From assembly GCA_018268315.1 (NCBI GenBank), contig JAFDWU010000001.1, positions 567,295 to 631,294 of the forward strand: a stretch of DNA of 64,000 nucleotides, read 5' to 3'. Below the pieces are notes generated by a model. It made no database searches and was not told the DNA's origin. It worked only from the letters and a program-made list of their open reading frames with translations. Position numbers and translations under genes: made by a program. This document shows positions 8,752 through 17,815 of this stretch, one piece after another. The DNA comes from Armatimonadota bacterium. GTDB lineage: Bacteria; Armatimonadota; Fimbriimonadia; Fimbriimonadales; Fimbriimonadaceae. How positions within the stretch are numbered: position 1 is the first letter of the stretch; each line of letters starts with the position of its first letter.

Positions 8752-9803
8752 AAGTAGCAATGATCGGATTCGCCCAAAGCGGCAAAAGCACGCTTTATCG
8801 GGCCGCCTCACGGGGCCTTTCTAAGGGCGATGTAACCGCCGTACCGGTGCCCGACCCTCGGTTCGACGCCATCGTTGCCCAGGTCAAACCTAAGAAGGTC
8901 ACACCTGCTACCGTCATGCTGCATGACGACGTCGAAGCTGCCAGCGGCAGCGGCAAGATGTTCAGCCAGCGGTTTATCGATGCCGCCAAGAAAGCCGAAG
9001 TGCTTCTGCACGTCGTCCGCGCGTTCGATAACCCAATCTCGCCTTATCATGCTTCCGTCGACCCGCTTCGCGACCAGGAGTCCATCGACGTCGAGCTGGT
9101 TCTAGCCGACCTTCAAATTGCCGAAAACCGGTTGGAGCGGCTGAAGAAGTCAACTACCGTGAAGACCTCGGGTTCGCCTGACTACATGGAGAAGGTTGTC
9201 TTCGAACGGTTGAAAGAGCATCTCGAGAACGGCTCGCCGGTGCGCGATCTCGAACTCAGCGACGATGAGCAGGTGGTCGTTCGCAACTATCAGCTACTCA
9301 GCGCCAAGCAAATGGTGGTCGTCTTCAACGTCACGGAGGCCGAAGCCGCTGCCCCACCCGCAAACATTGCTGCCCGCTGCGAAGAACTTATCAAGCGCGG
9401 TACCCCTGCGTTTGCCGTCTGCGCAACGCTGGAAGAAGAAATCGCCCAGCTTGATGCCGCAGATCAACCCGAATTTCTTGAGTCGCTCGGCCTGAAGGAA
9501 CCCGCCAGCAACCGCGTCATCCGTGCAGTGTACGACGCTCTTGGCCTCATCACGTTCTTCACCGCCGGTGAGAACGACACCCACGCCTGGCCGCTTCGCG
9601 AAGGTTCCAACGCAGTAAAGGCGGCGGGAACGATCCACACCGACATCGCCAAAGGATTCATTCGCGCAGAAGTGGTTCACTTCGCCGATTACCTTGCCGC
9701 AGGCTCCCTGGACGCTGCCTATAGCGGCGGAAAGATGCACCTGGAAGGCAAGGAATACATCATTCAAGATGGCGACCTGCTGCACATACGCAACAAGTCG
9801 TAG
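8748..9803 (+). CDS. ychF: ribosome-binding ATPase YchF (Obg-like)
   Basis: P-loop GFAQSGKST. C-terminal YchF/DUF933 block FFTAGENDTHAWPLREGSNAVKAAGTIHTDIAKGFIRAEV...GKEYIIQDGDLLHIR. Confidence 0.85.
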   Translation: MKVAMIGFAQSGKSTLYRAASRGLSKGDVTAVPVPDPRFDAIVAQVKPKKVTPATVMLHDDVEAASGSGKMFSQRFIDAAKKAEVLLHVVRAFDNPISPYHASVDPLRDQESIDVELVLADLQIAENRLERLKKSTTVKTSGSPDYMEKVVFERLKEHLENGSPVRDLELSDDEQVVVRNYQLLSAKQMVVVFNVTEAEAAAPPANIAARCEELIKRGTPAFAVCATLEEEIAQLDAADQPEFLESLGLKEPASNRVIRAVYDALGLITFFTAGENDTHAWPLREGSNAVKAAGTIHTDIAKGFIRAEVVHFADYLAAGSLDAAYSGGKMHLEGKEYIIQDGDLLHIRNKS

Positions 9804-9826
9804 CTCAGCCGAGTAATCTTGGCGGC

Positions 9827-11899
9827 GTGGTAAACACGCTCCTGCTTCTCCTTCTTGCCCGCCAATCCGTGCAGACGCTCGAGATTGAAGTGGGACCGCC
9901 GAGCGCCGTAGGTCAGCCCGCGGTTTGGGGCGCCGATACCACCCTTGATTCCGAACACCCCGACCAATCCACCGGCGGCGAATACACGCTGACCGCCGGA
10001 CCCGGCAAGCCCGTGCTCATCAAGTTTCTTGGCCTCAACGACGTCACCAAAGGCAAGGAGATCGTGGATGCCGAGCTCGTCTTCCACCTGAGCAGCAATC
10101 CACCCCACCTGGCGCGCGCCTTGAGAATGCTTAAGCCCTGGGGCGAGGGACCGCTGAAGTCGCTTGGGCGTCTCCTTCACAGTGCGACCGCAAAAGGCTC
10201 AGGGGATCAAACCCTGCGCGAAGCATCCACCTTCACTTCGCGCCGTTTCGGCCCGCCCAGCGTGCCTTGGCAGCTTGCTGGTGCAAACGGAAACGAAGAC
10301 GCTGAAGTTATTGGCGGGATCTCCGGCGGCTCGGCCGGACCCGAGCTTTACGCCATCAAGGGGCTCGGCCCAAGCCTGGAGCGTATGCGAGCTCACTGGT
10401 GGGAAAACGAAGGGTATCAGTTCCGATTCGAAGAACCTGCAGAGTTTTACTCCTGCCAAGCGCCAACCGGTTTTCGGCCTTATCTGAAGCTAACACTACG
10501 GGACGCGGCGCAGAAGCCAAGCAGCCTCGCCGTCACCTGGATTGAAAAGACCGGCAACGGGCGGTTCAAAGCCCACGTGATGAACAATTCATCCACCGCC
10601 ATCAGCGGATGGGAGGGCCAGTGGGTTATCCACGAGAAACCAGGGATCCGAACGGAGATTCCCCAATCCCTTGCCCCCGGCGCAGAATGGACCGAGGAGA
10701 TTCAGGCAAGCGATGACGGCAATGGCCCGATCAGGTTCGTCGCCCGTTGGAATGGCGATTCTTCCGCTGCGGAAATTGAGCCGAATGGCGCTCCGATCAC
10801 CGTCGCTGGCGATCCCGCCAAGGCGAAAGACGCCCTGAATGATCTTAACCACGTTGTCTTCCCGTTCTCAAGGTTCAGCTTTGCTTTGAACGGAGTAACA
10901 AAGCGCGTACGCATTCAAGCATTTGAACCTCAAGGAAAGGCTCAGGTCGTGCTGACTGGCGATCGCAACACGGATCGCCTTGCTCTGCTCAGCGCCCTTG
11001 GCCTAAAGCCAAGCAAGTCAACCGGCGACGCCACTTACGCGGGCATCCTCGGCGAAGGCGATACGCGCTTCGAGGGACTCGTCCCAAGCTCGATTTGCTT
11101 ACCGAGCGAGCCGATCAGCAGCCCCATCATCCAGACCACCCACCCCGAGCCAAGCTTCCTCCTCTCTGCGCGAGATGTTGGCCAGCTGAACGGTCTGCCG
11201 TCGGCCAAACCGACGATCGTGCTGCTTAGGCCGGTTGACAGCCGCGGTGAGCCGTTTATCGGCGCAAACCTGACGATCACCGACGGCCACGATGCCGTCT
11301 ACATGAATCGCCAGGCTGTGAAGGATCCTGGAGTTTGCGAAATCAAAACCCTTCCCGGCGAGAAGCCGCTGTTGCTCACCCTAGAAAGGGGCGGCGAGAA
11401 AGCGACCGCAACCCTGCCTGCTTGGAGGCTTTCCGAAGCCGCTTACCGAGGCAACACCGCCGTCGCAATTCTTGATTGCTTCTTCAATCTTCCGCTTGGG
11501 CCGGTTGATCGAAGCCAAGATCTTGCCACTAAAGCGATCGCAACCGTCTCGGATCCCCAAAAGGCGGGCATCGACATGTTCTCGCCGAATAAGGCGATCA
11601 TGGGTAAAGATGGACTGGCGCTTGATTTCGACCTAAACCGAGATCGAGCGATTGGCGAAGTGGTGCTGAAGGGTATTCCCTGGAAGCAATTCGATATCTA
11701 CCTGCTTGCAACCGGCGACAAGGAACCCCGGCTATGGGTGCAGGAGTTCGATTCAAGCCACCGCCCCGCTGGTTACGCCTACCACGGCCGACCGATGGTC
11801 GCGCGGGTAGTGCGAATTCTGCCAAGAACGAAGGACACCGCTCACCTCACCGGCATTTCGGTCTATCTCTCGCCGCAAACGCCGGATTCACCCGGCTAG
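9827..11899 (+). CDS. large hypothetical, probably exported protein (690 aa); the N-terminal region is faintly DNRLRE/lectin-like
   Basis: Long ORF with coding-like composition and a hydrophobic N-terminus (MVNTLLLLLLA). I recognise no catalytic motif. Confidence 0.5.
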   Translation: MVNTLLLLLLARQSVQTLEIEVGPPSAVGQPAVWGADTTLDSEHPDQSTGGEYTLTAGPGKPVLIKFLGLNDVTKGKEIVDAELVFHLSSNPPHLARALRMLKPWGEGPLKSLGRLLHSATAKGSGDQTLREASTFTSRRFGPPSVPWQLAGANGNEDAEVIGGISGGSAGPELYAIKGLGPSLERMRAHWWENEGYQFRFEEPAEFYSCQAPTGFRPYLKLTLRDAAQKPSSLAVTWIEKTGNGRFKAHVMNNSSTAISGWEGQWVIHEKPGIRTEIPQSLAPGAEWTEEIQASDDGNGPIRFVARWNGDSSAAEIEPNGAPITVAGDPAKAKDALNDLNHVVFPFSRFSFALNGVTKRVRIQAFEPQGKAQVVLTGDRNTDRLALLSALGLKPSKSTGDATYAGILGEGDTRFEGLVPSSICLPSEPISSPIIQTTHPEPSFLLSARDVGQLNGLPSAKPTIVLLRPVDSRGEPFIGANLTITDGHDAVYMNRQAVKDPGVCEIKTLPGEKPLLLTLERGGEKATATLPAWRLSEAAYRGNTAVAILDCFFNLPLGPVDRSQDLATKAIATVSDPQKAGIDMFSPNKAIMGKDGLALDFDLNRDRAIGEVVLKGIPWKQFDIYLLATGDKEPRLWVQEFDSSHRPAGYAYHGRPMVARVVRILPRTKDTAHLTGISVYLSPQTPDSPG

Positions 11900-12225
11900 C
11901 AGCGGTAGAACTCGTCCACGTTGACCACGAACGCAACCGCCCCACCCACCTGAACCGTAATCGGGTCTTGGGTGAGGCCAACCGCTAAGCCCGCTTCTGG
12001 CGGGCCAACGTTTATGACCTGATCCCTTAGGTGGCAATTCTCCTGAATGAGCGCTTTCAGAGGCTCAAGCTGATCCTCTTCCACCCCTACCAGGAACGTG
12101 GCGTTGCCTTCCCGAAGGAAGCCGCCAGTAGAGCCAATGACCGTCGATTTGAAGCCCGCCCGCACAAGCGCCTCCGCGATCCGATTCTTGTCTCGCTGAT
12201 GGACGACGCAGAAGACGAGCTTCAC
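11896..12225 (-). CDS. darA: PII-like cyclic-di-AMP receptor protein (DarA/PstA/YaaQ family, DUF970)
   Basis: VKLVFCVVHQRDKNRIAEALVRAGFKSTVIGSTGGFLREGNATFLVGVEE...VQVGGAVAFVVNVDEF is collinear with B. subtilis YaaQ (MKLIVAIVQDQDSNRL...TTGGFLKSGNTTFMIGVED...VEVGGATVFVLPVDEF). The GTG at 12225 is chosen because the longer ORF (to 12270) would overlap secA. Confidence 0.8.
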   Translation of the reverse strand: MKLVFCVVHQRDKNRIAEALVRAGFKSTVIGSTGGFLREGNATFLVGVEEDQLEPLKALIQENCHLRDQVINVGPPEAGLAVGLTQDPITVQVGGAVAFVVNVDEFYRC

Positions 12226-12230
12226 GGCGG

Positions 12231-15200
12231 CTAGATCACTCCTTGCTCTCGCAATTGCGGATAGTGGCAAGCCTTAAACTTCTTTCCGCTTCCGCATGGG
12301 CAGGCGTCATTTCGGCCGACTCGGCTCCAATCCACCTTATCCAAAGACTTGGCGCTCGCAGCCTGCTCTTCCATCGCTTCCATCGAGCCATCCATCGGAA
12401 TCATCTGGATTTCATCCTCAATCGAAAGCCTTGGCTGAAGGCGGAAGACAAGCCGCACCGCAGTATCGCGAATTTCCTTGAGCGTGTTCTGGAACGCCTC
12501 GTAGGTTTCGCGCTTATACGCAACCAGCGGATCAACCTGGCCGTAGCCGCGCAAGCCGATGCCCTCGCGAACGTATTCCACGATCTGGAGGTGCTCCATC
12601 CACTTGTCGTTTACGGCGTTCAGCATTGCGAACTTTTCAACCTGGCGCATCGGCTCTTCGCCAAGAGCGCTGATTCTTTCATCATACGCCTCTAGCGCTT
12701 TCTGCACGCAGAAGTGAACGAGCGCTTCGCCCGGCTCGTGCTGCTCAACTTCAGAAAGGGTCGCATGATCCACCATCGGGAAGAACTCGTTAAGGTCCTC
12801 GTAGAGCACGGCGTAATCGTATTCCTTATGCCCTTCTTCGTCAATCATCCAGGCGTCCTCAACGACTTCCGCAATCGTCTCTGAGACCTGCTCTCGCAGC
12901 TCTTGTCGAACGTCCTTGCCAAGCAAGATTTCGCGGCGCATGCCGTAGATGTGCTCGCGCTGAGCATTCAGAACGTCGTCGTACTCAAGCACGTGCTTTC
13001 GAGCTTCAAAGTAGTGGCTCTCAATCCGCTGCTGGGTGCGCTCGATGATCTTGGTGAGCATCTTGGCATTCACCTCTTCCATTGGAGGCCAACCCTTCAG
13101 GAGCGGATTCTCCATCATGTTCGCGTTGAAGACCTTCCAAAGCTGGTCGTCTAGCGCCACGAAGAACTTAGAAACGCCCGGATCGCCCTGACGTCCCGCG
13201 CGGCCTCGAAGCTGATTGTCAATTCGTCGGCTCTCGTGCCGCTCCGTACCAAGAATGAAGAGACCACCAAGCTCGCGGACTTCTTCGGCCAGCGCCCGCC
13301 GCTCGGTATCGTTTAGCGGCAGTGGAGGCGCCGCGCGCTCCTTGCCGCCTCGTCGATAGCTTGCAAAGGTCTCCGAGTATTCGTCTTCGCCATCTTGGGC
13401 AATTTCAACGTGATCGCGCGCCTGTCGGACAAGGTCGTCCTCGATTCGTCCGCCAAGCAGGATATCTACACCGCGACCTGCCATATTCGTGGCGATCGTC
13501 ACGCCGCCCTTACGGCCGGCTTCGGCGATGATCAACGCTTCCCTTTCATGGAATTTCGCGTTCAAAACGTTGTGCGGAATTCCGTGGGTTAAAGCTTCAA
13601 CCAAGAACTCGCGATTTACTTCCTTCAAATCAAATTCGGAAAGGCACCAGTCGTACCAATCTCCGCTTGTAACGGAGCCGCTGAGGTCCATCTTGGAGAG
13701 CACCGCGTCAACGGTTTGGCGCTCCCACTCTGCAAGCGGGGTCAGGAACAGCTTCTGAGCGTCCTCTTTGACTTCCTTTGGAACATCCTTCTTGACTTCC
13801 AGCCGCTGCTGTAGCCTTCGGGCAATTACAAGGCGCTGCAGAATATCAGCCTGGAGCCGCTCGGAAATGCGCTCGGACATTTCAATTGAGCGAGTACCCA
13901 CGAGCACCGGCTGCTGCTTGCTGTAAAGCCGCATTATTTCCCAGCCGATGGCGCGGAACTTAGCTTCAACAGTCTTGTAGATAACGTCCTGCTCGTCTCG
14001 CCTGGTGCTCGGTCGGTTCGTTGGCACGCAGACAACGTCCAGTCCGTAAATCTTGCGGAACTCGTCTTCTTCGGTTTTCGCGGTTCCCGTCATGCCCGCC
14101 AGCTTCTCGTAAAGTCGGAATAGGTTCTGGAAGGTAATCGTCGCAATGGTTTGGCTCTCTCGCTGAACCTGCACCCCTTCCTTGGCTTCCAAAGCCTGGT
14201 GGAGACCATCGCTGAACCGACGCCCGAACATCATTCGGCCGGTGTTTTCATCAACGATCACGATCTCTCCCGCCCTGACTACGTAGTCGATATCGCGGGT
14301 GAAGAGGGCGTGTGCCTTCAAGCAAGCGTTGATGTGGTGGAACAGGCGCGGATCGCGGGCGATGTTATCCAGGCCCATCTGCCGCTCGATCTCGTCCATG
14401 CCTTCTTCGGTGAGGAACGCCTGGTGGTTCTTCTTATCGGCGGTGTAGTGTGTCTCTTCCTTCAGCTCCTTTACAACCTGATTCACCTTCGCATAAAGAG
14501 AGATGTCCTCATTGGAAGGTCCGGAAATGATGTGGGGAGTTCTGGCCTCGTCGATGAGGATCGAGTCAACTTCGTCGACAATCGCGTAGTGCAGCTCGCG
14601 CATAACGAGGTCTTCCTCGTTGAACGCCATGTTGTCTCGCAGATAGTCGAAGCCGTATTCGTGGTTCGTTCCGTAAGTGATATCGCAGCCATAGGCTTCG
14701 CGGCGGCTAATCGGCACTAGGTTCAGATAGCGGGGGTCCTCGTGCTGAGCGCCCGGCACATACATGTAGGAGCCGCCGAGTTCATCGTTATCCTCGCCCT
14801 GGCCCTGGATAATGCCTACGGAAAGGCCCATGAAGTGGAAGATCGGCCCATTCCAAACCGCGTCGCGGCGCGCCAGGTAGTCGTTCACCGTAACGAGGTG
14901 CGCCCCGCGCCCAGTCAGGGCGTTCAGAATCAACGGCGCAACCGCAACGAGGGTCTTTCCTTCACCGGTCTTCATTTCCGCAATGCGTCCCTGGTGAAGA
15001 ACGGCGCCGCCTACAATCTGGACGTCAAAGTGCCGCATGCCAAGAGTTCGCTTGCTCACTTCGCGAACGCATGCGAAGACTTCGGGCATGAGATCGTCAA
15101 TCGATTCCCCGGCTTGCGCGCGAACCTTGTAGGTAAGCGCGCGCTCGCGGAGTTTCTCATCGCTTAAGCCCTGGAACTCGGCTTCAAGGCTGTTAACGGC

Positions 15201-15269
15201 ATCAACGAGGGGAGTAAGGGCTTCAACGTCGCGCTTACTGGTGTCAAAAAGCTTTCGTAAAAACTGCAT
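12231..15269 (-). CDS. secA: preprotein translocase ATPase SecA
   Basis: Full-length SecA, 1012 aa. Walker A MKTGEGKTLVA, DEAD-like DEVDSILIDEARTP, and C-terminal zinc finger CPCGSGKKFKACH. Confidence 0.97.
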   Translation of the reverse strand: MQFLRKLFDTSKRDVEALTPLVDAVNSLEAEFQGLSDEKLRERALTYKVRAQAGESIDDLMPEVFACVREVSKRTLGMRHFDVQIVGGAVLHQGRIAEMKTGEGKTLVAVAPLILNALTGRGAHLVTVNDYLARRDAVWNGPIFHFMGLSVGIIQGQGEDNDELGGSYMYVPGAQHEDPRYLNLVPISRREAYGCDITYGTNHEYGFDYLRDNMAFNEEDLVMRELHYAIVDEVDSILIDEARTPHIISGPSNEDISLYAKVNQVVKELKEETHYTADKKNHQAFLTEEGMDEIERQMGLDNIARDPRLFHHINACLKAHALFTRDIDYVVRAGEIVIVDENTGRMMFGRRFSDGLHQALEAKEGVQVQRESQTIATITFQNLFRLYEKLAGMTGTAKTEEDEFRKIYGLDVVCVPTNRPSTRRDEQDVIYKTVEAKFRAIGWEIMRLYSKQQPVLVGTRSIEMSERISERLQADILQRLVIARRLQQRLEVKKDVPKEVKEDAQKLFLTPLAEWERQTVDAVLSKMDLSGSVTSGDWYDWCLSEFDLKEVNREFLVEALTHGIPHNVLNAKFHEREALIIAEAGRKGGVTIATNMAGRGVDILLGGRIEDDLVRQARDHVEIAQDGEDEYSETFASYRRGGKERAAPPLPLNDTERRALAEEVRELGGLFILGTERHESRRIDNQLRGRAGRQGDPGVSKFFVALDDQLWKVFNANMMENPLLKGWPPMEEVNAKMLTKIIERTQQRIESHYFEARKHVLEYDDVLNAQREHIYGMRREILLGKDVRQELREQVSETIAEVVEDAWMIDEEGHKEYDYAVLYEDLNEFFPMVDHATLSEVEQHEPGEALVHFCVQKALEAYDERISALGEEPMRQVEKFAMLNAVNDKWMEHLQIVEYVREGIGLRGYGQVDPLVAYKRETYEAFQNTLKEIRDTAVRLVFRLQPRLSIEDEIQMIPMDGSMEAMEEQAASAKSLDKVDWSRVGRNDACPCGSGKKFKACHYPQLREQGVI

Positions 15270-15341
15270 TCTGTGTTCGTAATAACGGCCAAACGGCCAT
15301 GGGTAGGTGCGGCAAAGCCGCAGATCGACGGAGGTGAATGC

Positions 15342-15623
15342 TTAGGAGAGGGGTCCGTCGCGCGGGTTAGCCTGGCCAATAAGGCACGAGGGCTTGGCTA
15401 CCCAAGGGGAAACCTGAGTGCTTTCGCACACGGTCTCGGTGGAAATTAGCTTCTGTGGGGCAGGGGCCGAAGCCTTACGGACTGCCTGCTTGGCAATCGC
15501 CACCACATGCGCCTTTTGTGCGGCAATTCTGAACGATTCGGTAAAGCCCAGCCTCGCGATGCTCTCGTTGAGGAGAGGACCGCGTATCAAAAGCAGCAGA
15601 AGCGCAGGAAGAATCGCAAACAT
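15342..15623 (-). CDS. small signal-peptide/anchor-bearing ORF upstream of secA (93 aa from ATG 15623; 102 aa from TTG 15650). See findings.
   Basis: MFAILPALLLLLIRGP hydrophobic N-terminus. C-terminus ...GQANPRDGPLS-stop. Same strand as secA and 72 nt upstream of it. No homolog recognised. Confidence 0.4.
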   Translation of the reverse strand: MFAILPALLLLLIRGPLLNESIARLGFTESFRIAAQKAHVVAIAKQAVRKASAPAPQKLISTETVCESTQVSPWVAKPSCLIGQANPRDGPLS

Positions 15624-15734
15624 TCTAGGCCTTGCTATTATAGACGCCAAGCGTGGGTATTGGTACCCATCTGCGATAGGCCTTTAGGCCGTTCGAGTGA
15701 ACAAAGGGTCATAGGGTGAAGCACTATAGCCCCT

Positions 15735-17702
15735 ATGCGCAACTTGGCCGCTCTACTCCTTGCCCTCTCGGTTACCACCGCCCTAGCCGCGCCGAAGGCT
15801 CCGCGAATCCCGGCATATAAGTTTAAGACGCCACCGGTAATCGATGGAGTTGTAAACGACTCTGAGTGGGCTCAAGCGCCCAAGGGGACCGAGTTTTACG
15901 AAGAAGCGACGGGCGCGCCGGCGCCGGAAACCGGCGAATATTGGATCGGTTACGACGATAAGTTCGTCTACTTCGCCGCTAGGTTCAAAGACAGCCAGCC
16001 GAAAACGATTCGCGCGGTCGAAACTCGTCAAGCGGTTGACCTGAGCGCGGAAGATTTCGTCTCCTTCTGGATCGACCCGATGAACAGCGGGCAGAACATG
16101 AACGGATTCAATGTCTTCCGCATGAACGCGGTAGGCGGCACCGACATCGCCATCGCCGGTGGTCGCGCTGCTAAGACCGAATGGCTCGGCGAAATTCAGA
16201 CCAAAGGCCGGATAACCGCCGATGGTTGGGAAGTTGAAGCCCGCATCCCATGGAAAATCATGCGGTTGCCCAAATCGGGCCTTGCGAATATGCAGGTTCA
16301 CGTAAACCGAGCAATGCCCAGGTATGGCCGAGACTTCACGAACTCCTTTACCAGCCAGGGCCAGGTCCTGAACTACAATGCCTGGACGATTCCCGACCTC
16401 CCGAGCTTTGAATCGAAGGAAATCAAACTTCTTCCTTACGTTTCCGGAGGCTATGATCGAGATCAGCATGCCCTCGGCAAGGCCGGCATGGACGTTCGAA
16501 CTCCGATCACGCCGACCGTGGACTACGTGGGCACCATCGAACCCGACTTCCGCAACGTGGAAGGCGCCATCCTCGGCGTCGACTTCAGTTACTTTGAGCG
16601 TCTTGCGAATGAGTCGAGGCCGTTCTTCCTTGAAGGGCAAGGCTACTTTGGCACCTCGGGCGACGACCCCATCTTCGTCTCGCAACGAATCCACAAGTTC
16701 GATATAGGAAGCAAAATCATCGGAGCGCCAACCACGTCCTCGACGATTGGCATCCTTGATACGATTAGCTTCAAGAACGAGCACGATTTCGTCGCGAATT
16801 ACCAAGACCTGATCGGCCCAAATACGCGCATCACGGCGGCAATCTCGAACCGAGCTGCTGATGATGGCAACAACGCGGTTACCTTCCTCGGATATCGGAC
16901 AAACAAAGGCCCCTTTTCAATCTACACCCAGCTCAGCCATTCCAAGGACACCACGTCCGGCGGTGGTGAGAGATTCAATCCAGGGATTGCTTATAACAAC
17001 AATGGATTGAGCGCCTTTGCGGAGTACACGCAGATTTCCCCGGATTACAACGCCGCTCTTGGTTTCGTTCCCCTTGCCGACATTAGTGGGTTCAAACAGT
17101 ACGCGGAGTACTACCATCCGTTTCAAAAGGGCCCGTTCCAATCCATCGATTTCGGAGGCATCAATGTTGACTTCAAGAACTTTGATCGCTCTGGGCCAGT
17201 TCTTCGAGAGCAGGATTTCTGGACGAACTTCACCCTGCGACGGGTAGACGTTCAGTTTGGCTTCAATGGCACGTTCGCCGCGTACCAAGGCAACAGAGAC
17301 CGATTCTTTGGCGGTTACGTAACGTTCCCAAGCTCTAACCAAAACAACCAGGTGTCAATCAGCCTGAATAAGGGCGTGCGCAACGACGAAGGCTATCAGC
17401 TGGCCCAGCTATCGGCTAATTTCCGGCCGGTGAAGCCAGCCAAGTTCAGCCTTGCAGTCGCACAGTTGATCCTTGGAAACCAAGTGTTCAACCAGCAGAT
17501 CCTCAGCGGAAGCTATTTGTTCGATAACGTTCGCTCGCTGAATTTCCGCACAACGAAGCAGGGTCGCGACGTGAACACTTACGTTGGCTACAAGCGAAGC
17601 GGCGCCAAGGGCATTGAATACTTCTTGATCTTTGGCGATCCCAACGCAACCAAGACTCGCACCAGCGTCCTCCTCAAGGTTACGTACCCAATCGAGCTGT
17701 AA
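15735..17702 (+). CDS. exported carbohydrate-binding family 9-like / DUF5916 family protein
   Basis: Signal peptide MRNLAALLLALSVTTALA. IDGVVNDSEWAQAP...EYWIGYDDKFVYFAARFKD...EDFVSFWIDP is typical of the CBM9-like N-domain of DUF5916 proteins. The C-terminal region is beta-rich. Confidence 0.65.
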   Translation: MRNLAALLLALSVTTALAAPKAPRIPAYKFKTPPVIDGVVNDSEWAQAPKGTEFYEEATGAPAPETGEYWIGYDDKFVYFAARFKDSQPKTIRAVETRQAVDLSAEDFVSFWIDPMNSGQNMNGFNVFRMNAVGGTDIAIAGGRAAKTEWLGEIQTKGRITADGWEVEARIPWKIMRLPKSGLANMQVHVNRAMPRYGRDFTNSFTSQGQVLNYNAWTIPDLPSFESKEIKLLPYVSGGYDRDQHALGKAGMDVRTPITPTVDYVGTIEPDFRNVEGAILGVDFSYFERLANESRPFFLEGQGYFGTSGDDPIFVSQRIHKFDIGSKIIGAPTTSSTIGILDTISFKNEHDFVANYQDLIGPNTRITAAISNRAADDGNNAVTFLGYRTNKGPFSIYTQLSHSKDTTSGGGERFNPGIAYNNNGLSAFAEYTQISPDYNAALGFVPLADISGFKQYAEYYHPFQKGPFQSIDFGGINVDFKNFDRSGPVLREQDFWTNFTLRRVDVQFGFNGTFAAYQGNRDRFFGGYVTFPSSNQNNQVSISLNKGVRNDEGYQLAQLSANFRPVKPAKFSLAVAQLILGNQVFNQQILSGSYLFDNVRSLNFRTTKQGRDVNTYVGYKRSGAKGIEYFLIFGDPNATKTRTSVLLKVTYPIEL

Positions 17703-17711
17703 ACAAAAAAA

Positions 17712-17746
17712 GCCCTGCGCACTTTGAGGGAAGTTCAGCGCAGGGC
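17712..17746. terminator. stem-loop terminator between convergent genes
   Basis: A 9-bp stem, gccctgcgc (17712-20) / gcgcagggc (17738-46), preceded by an A-run (aaaaaaa). Confidence 0.55.
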
Positions 17747-17815
17747 AAGAGAGAGAGTTTGCCTTGTTTGGTTACTAAGATTTAATCTTTGTTCGTTTGG
17801 AGGATGGGATTTGTC

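Noticed and set aside
7621-8811. Long antisense ORFs in the track. Examples: 7621..8811 (396 aa), 184..690, 5690..6643, 15783..16805, 18719..19618, 24410..25000, 34305..34970, 36662..37300, 37442..38215, 44776..45708, 50334..50945, 53004..53696.
   Set aside because: Each lies opposite a gene with unmistakable homology (ileS/lspA, zwf, DUF5916, purK, yvcK, pnp, rpoA, rfbA and others). Their products are Arg/Gly/Ala/His-rich with no motifs. Such shadow ORFs are expected in GC-rich DNA.
15418-15719. Plus-strand ORFs 15418..15687 and 15507..15719 in the secA upstream region.
   Set aside because: Their products are low-complexity and Arg/Ala-rich, with no SD or motifs. They overlap each other and the more gene-like minus-strand ORF. 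I cannot formally exclude them without comparative data.
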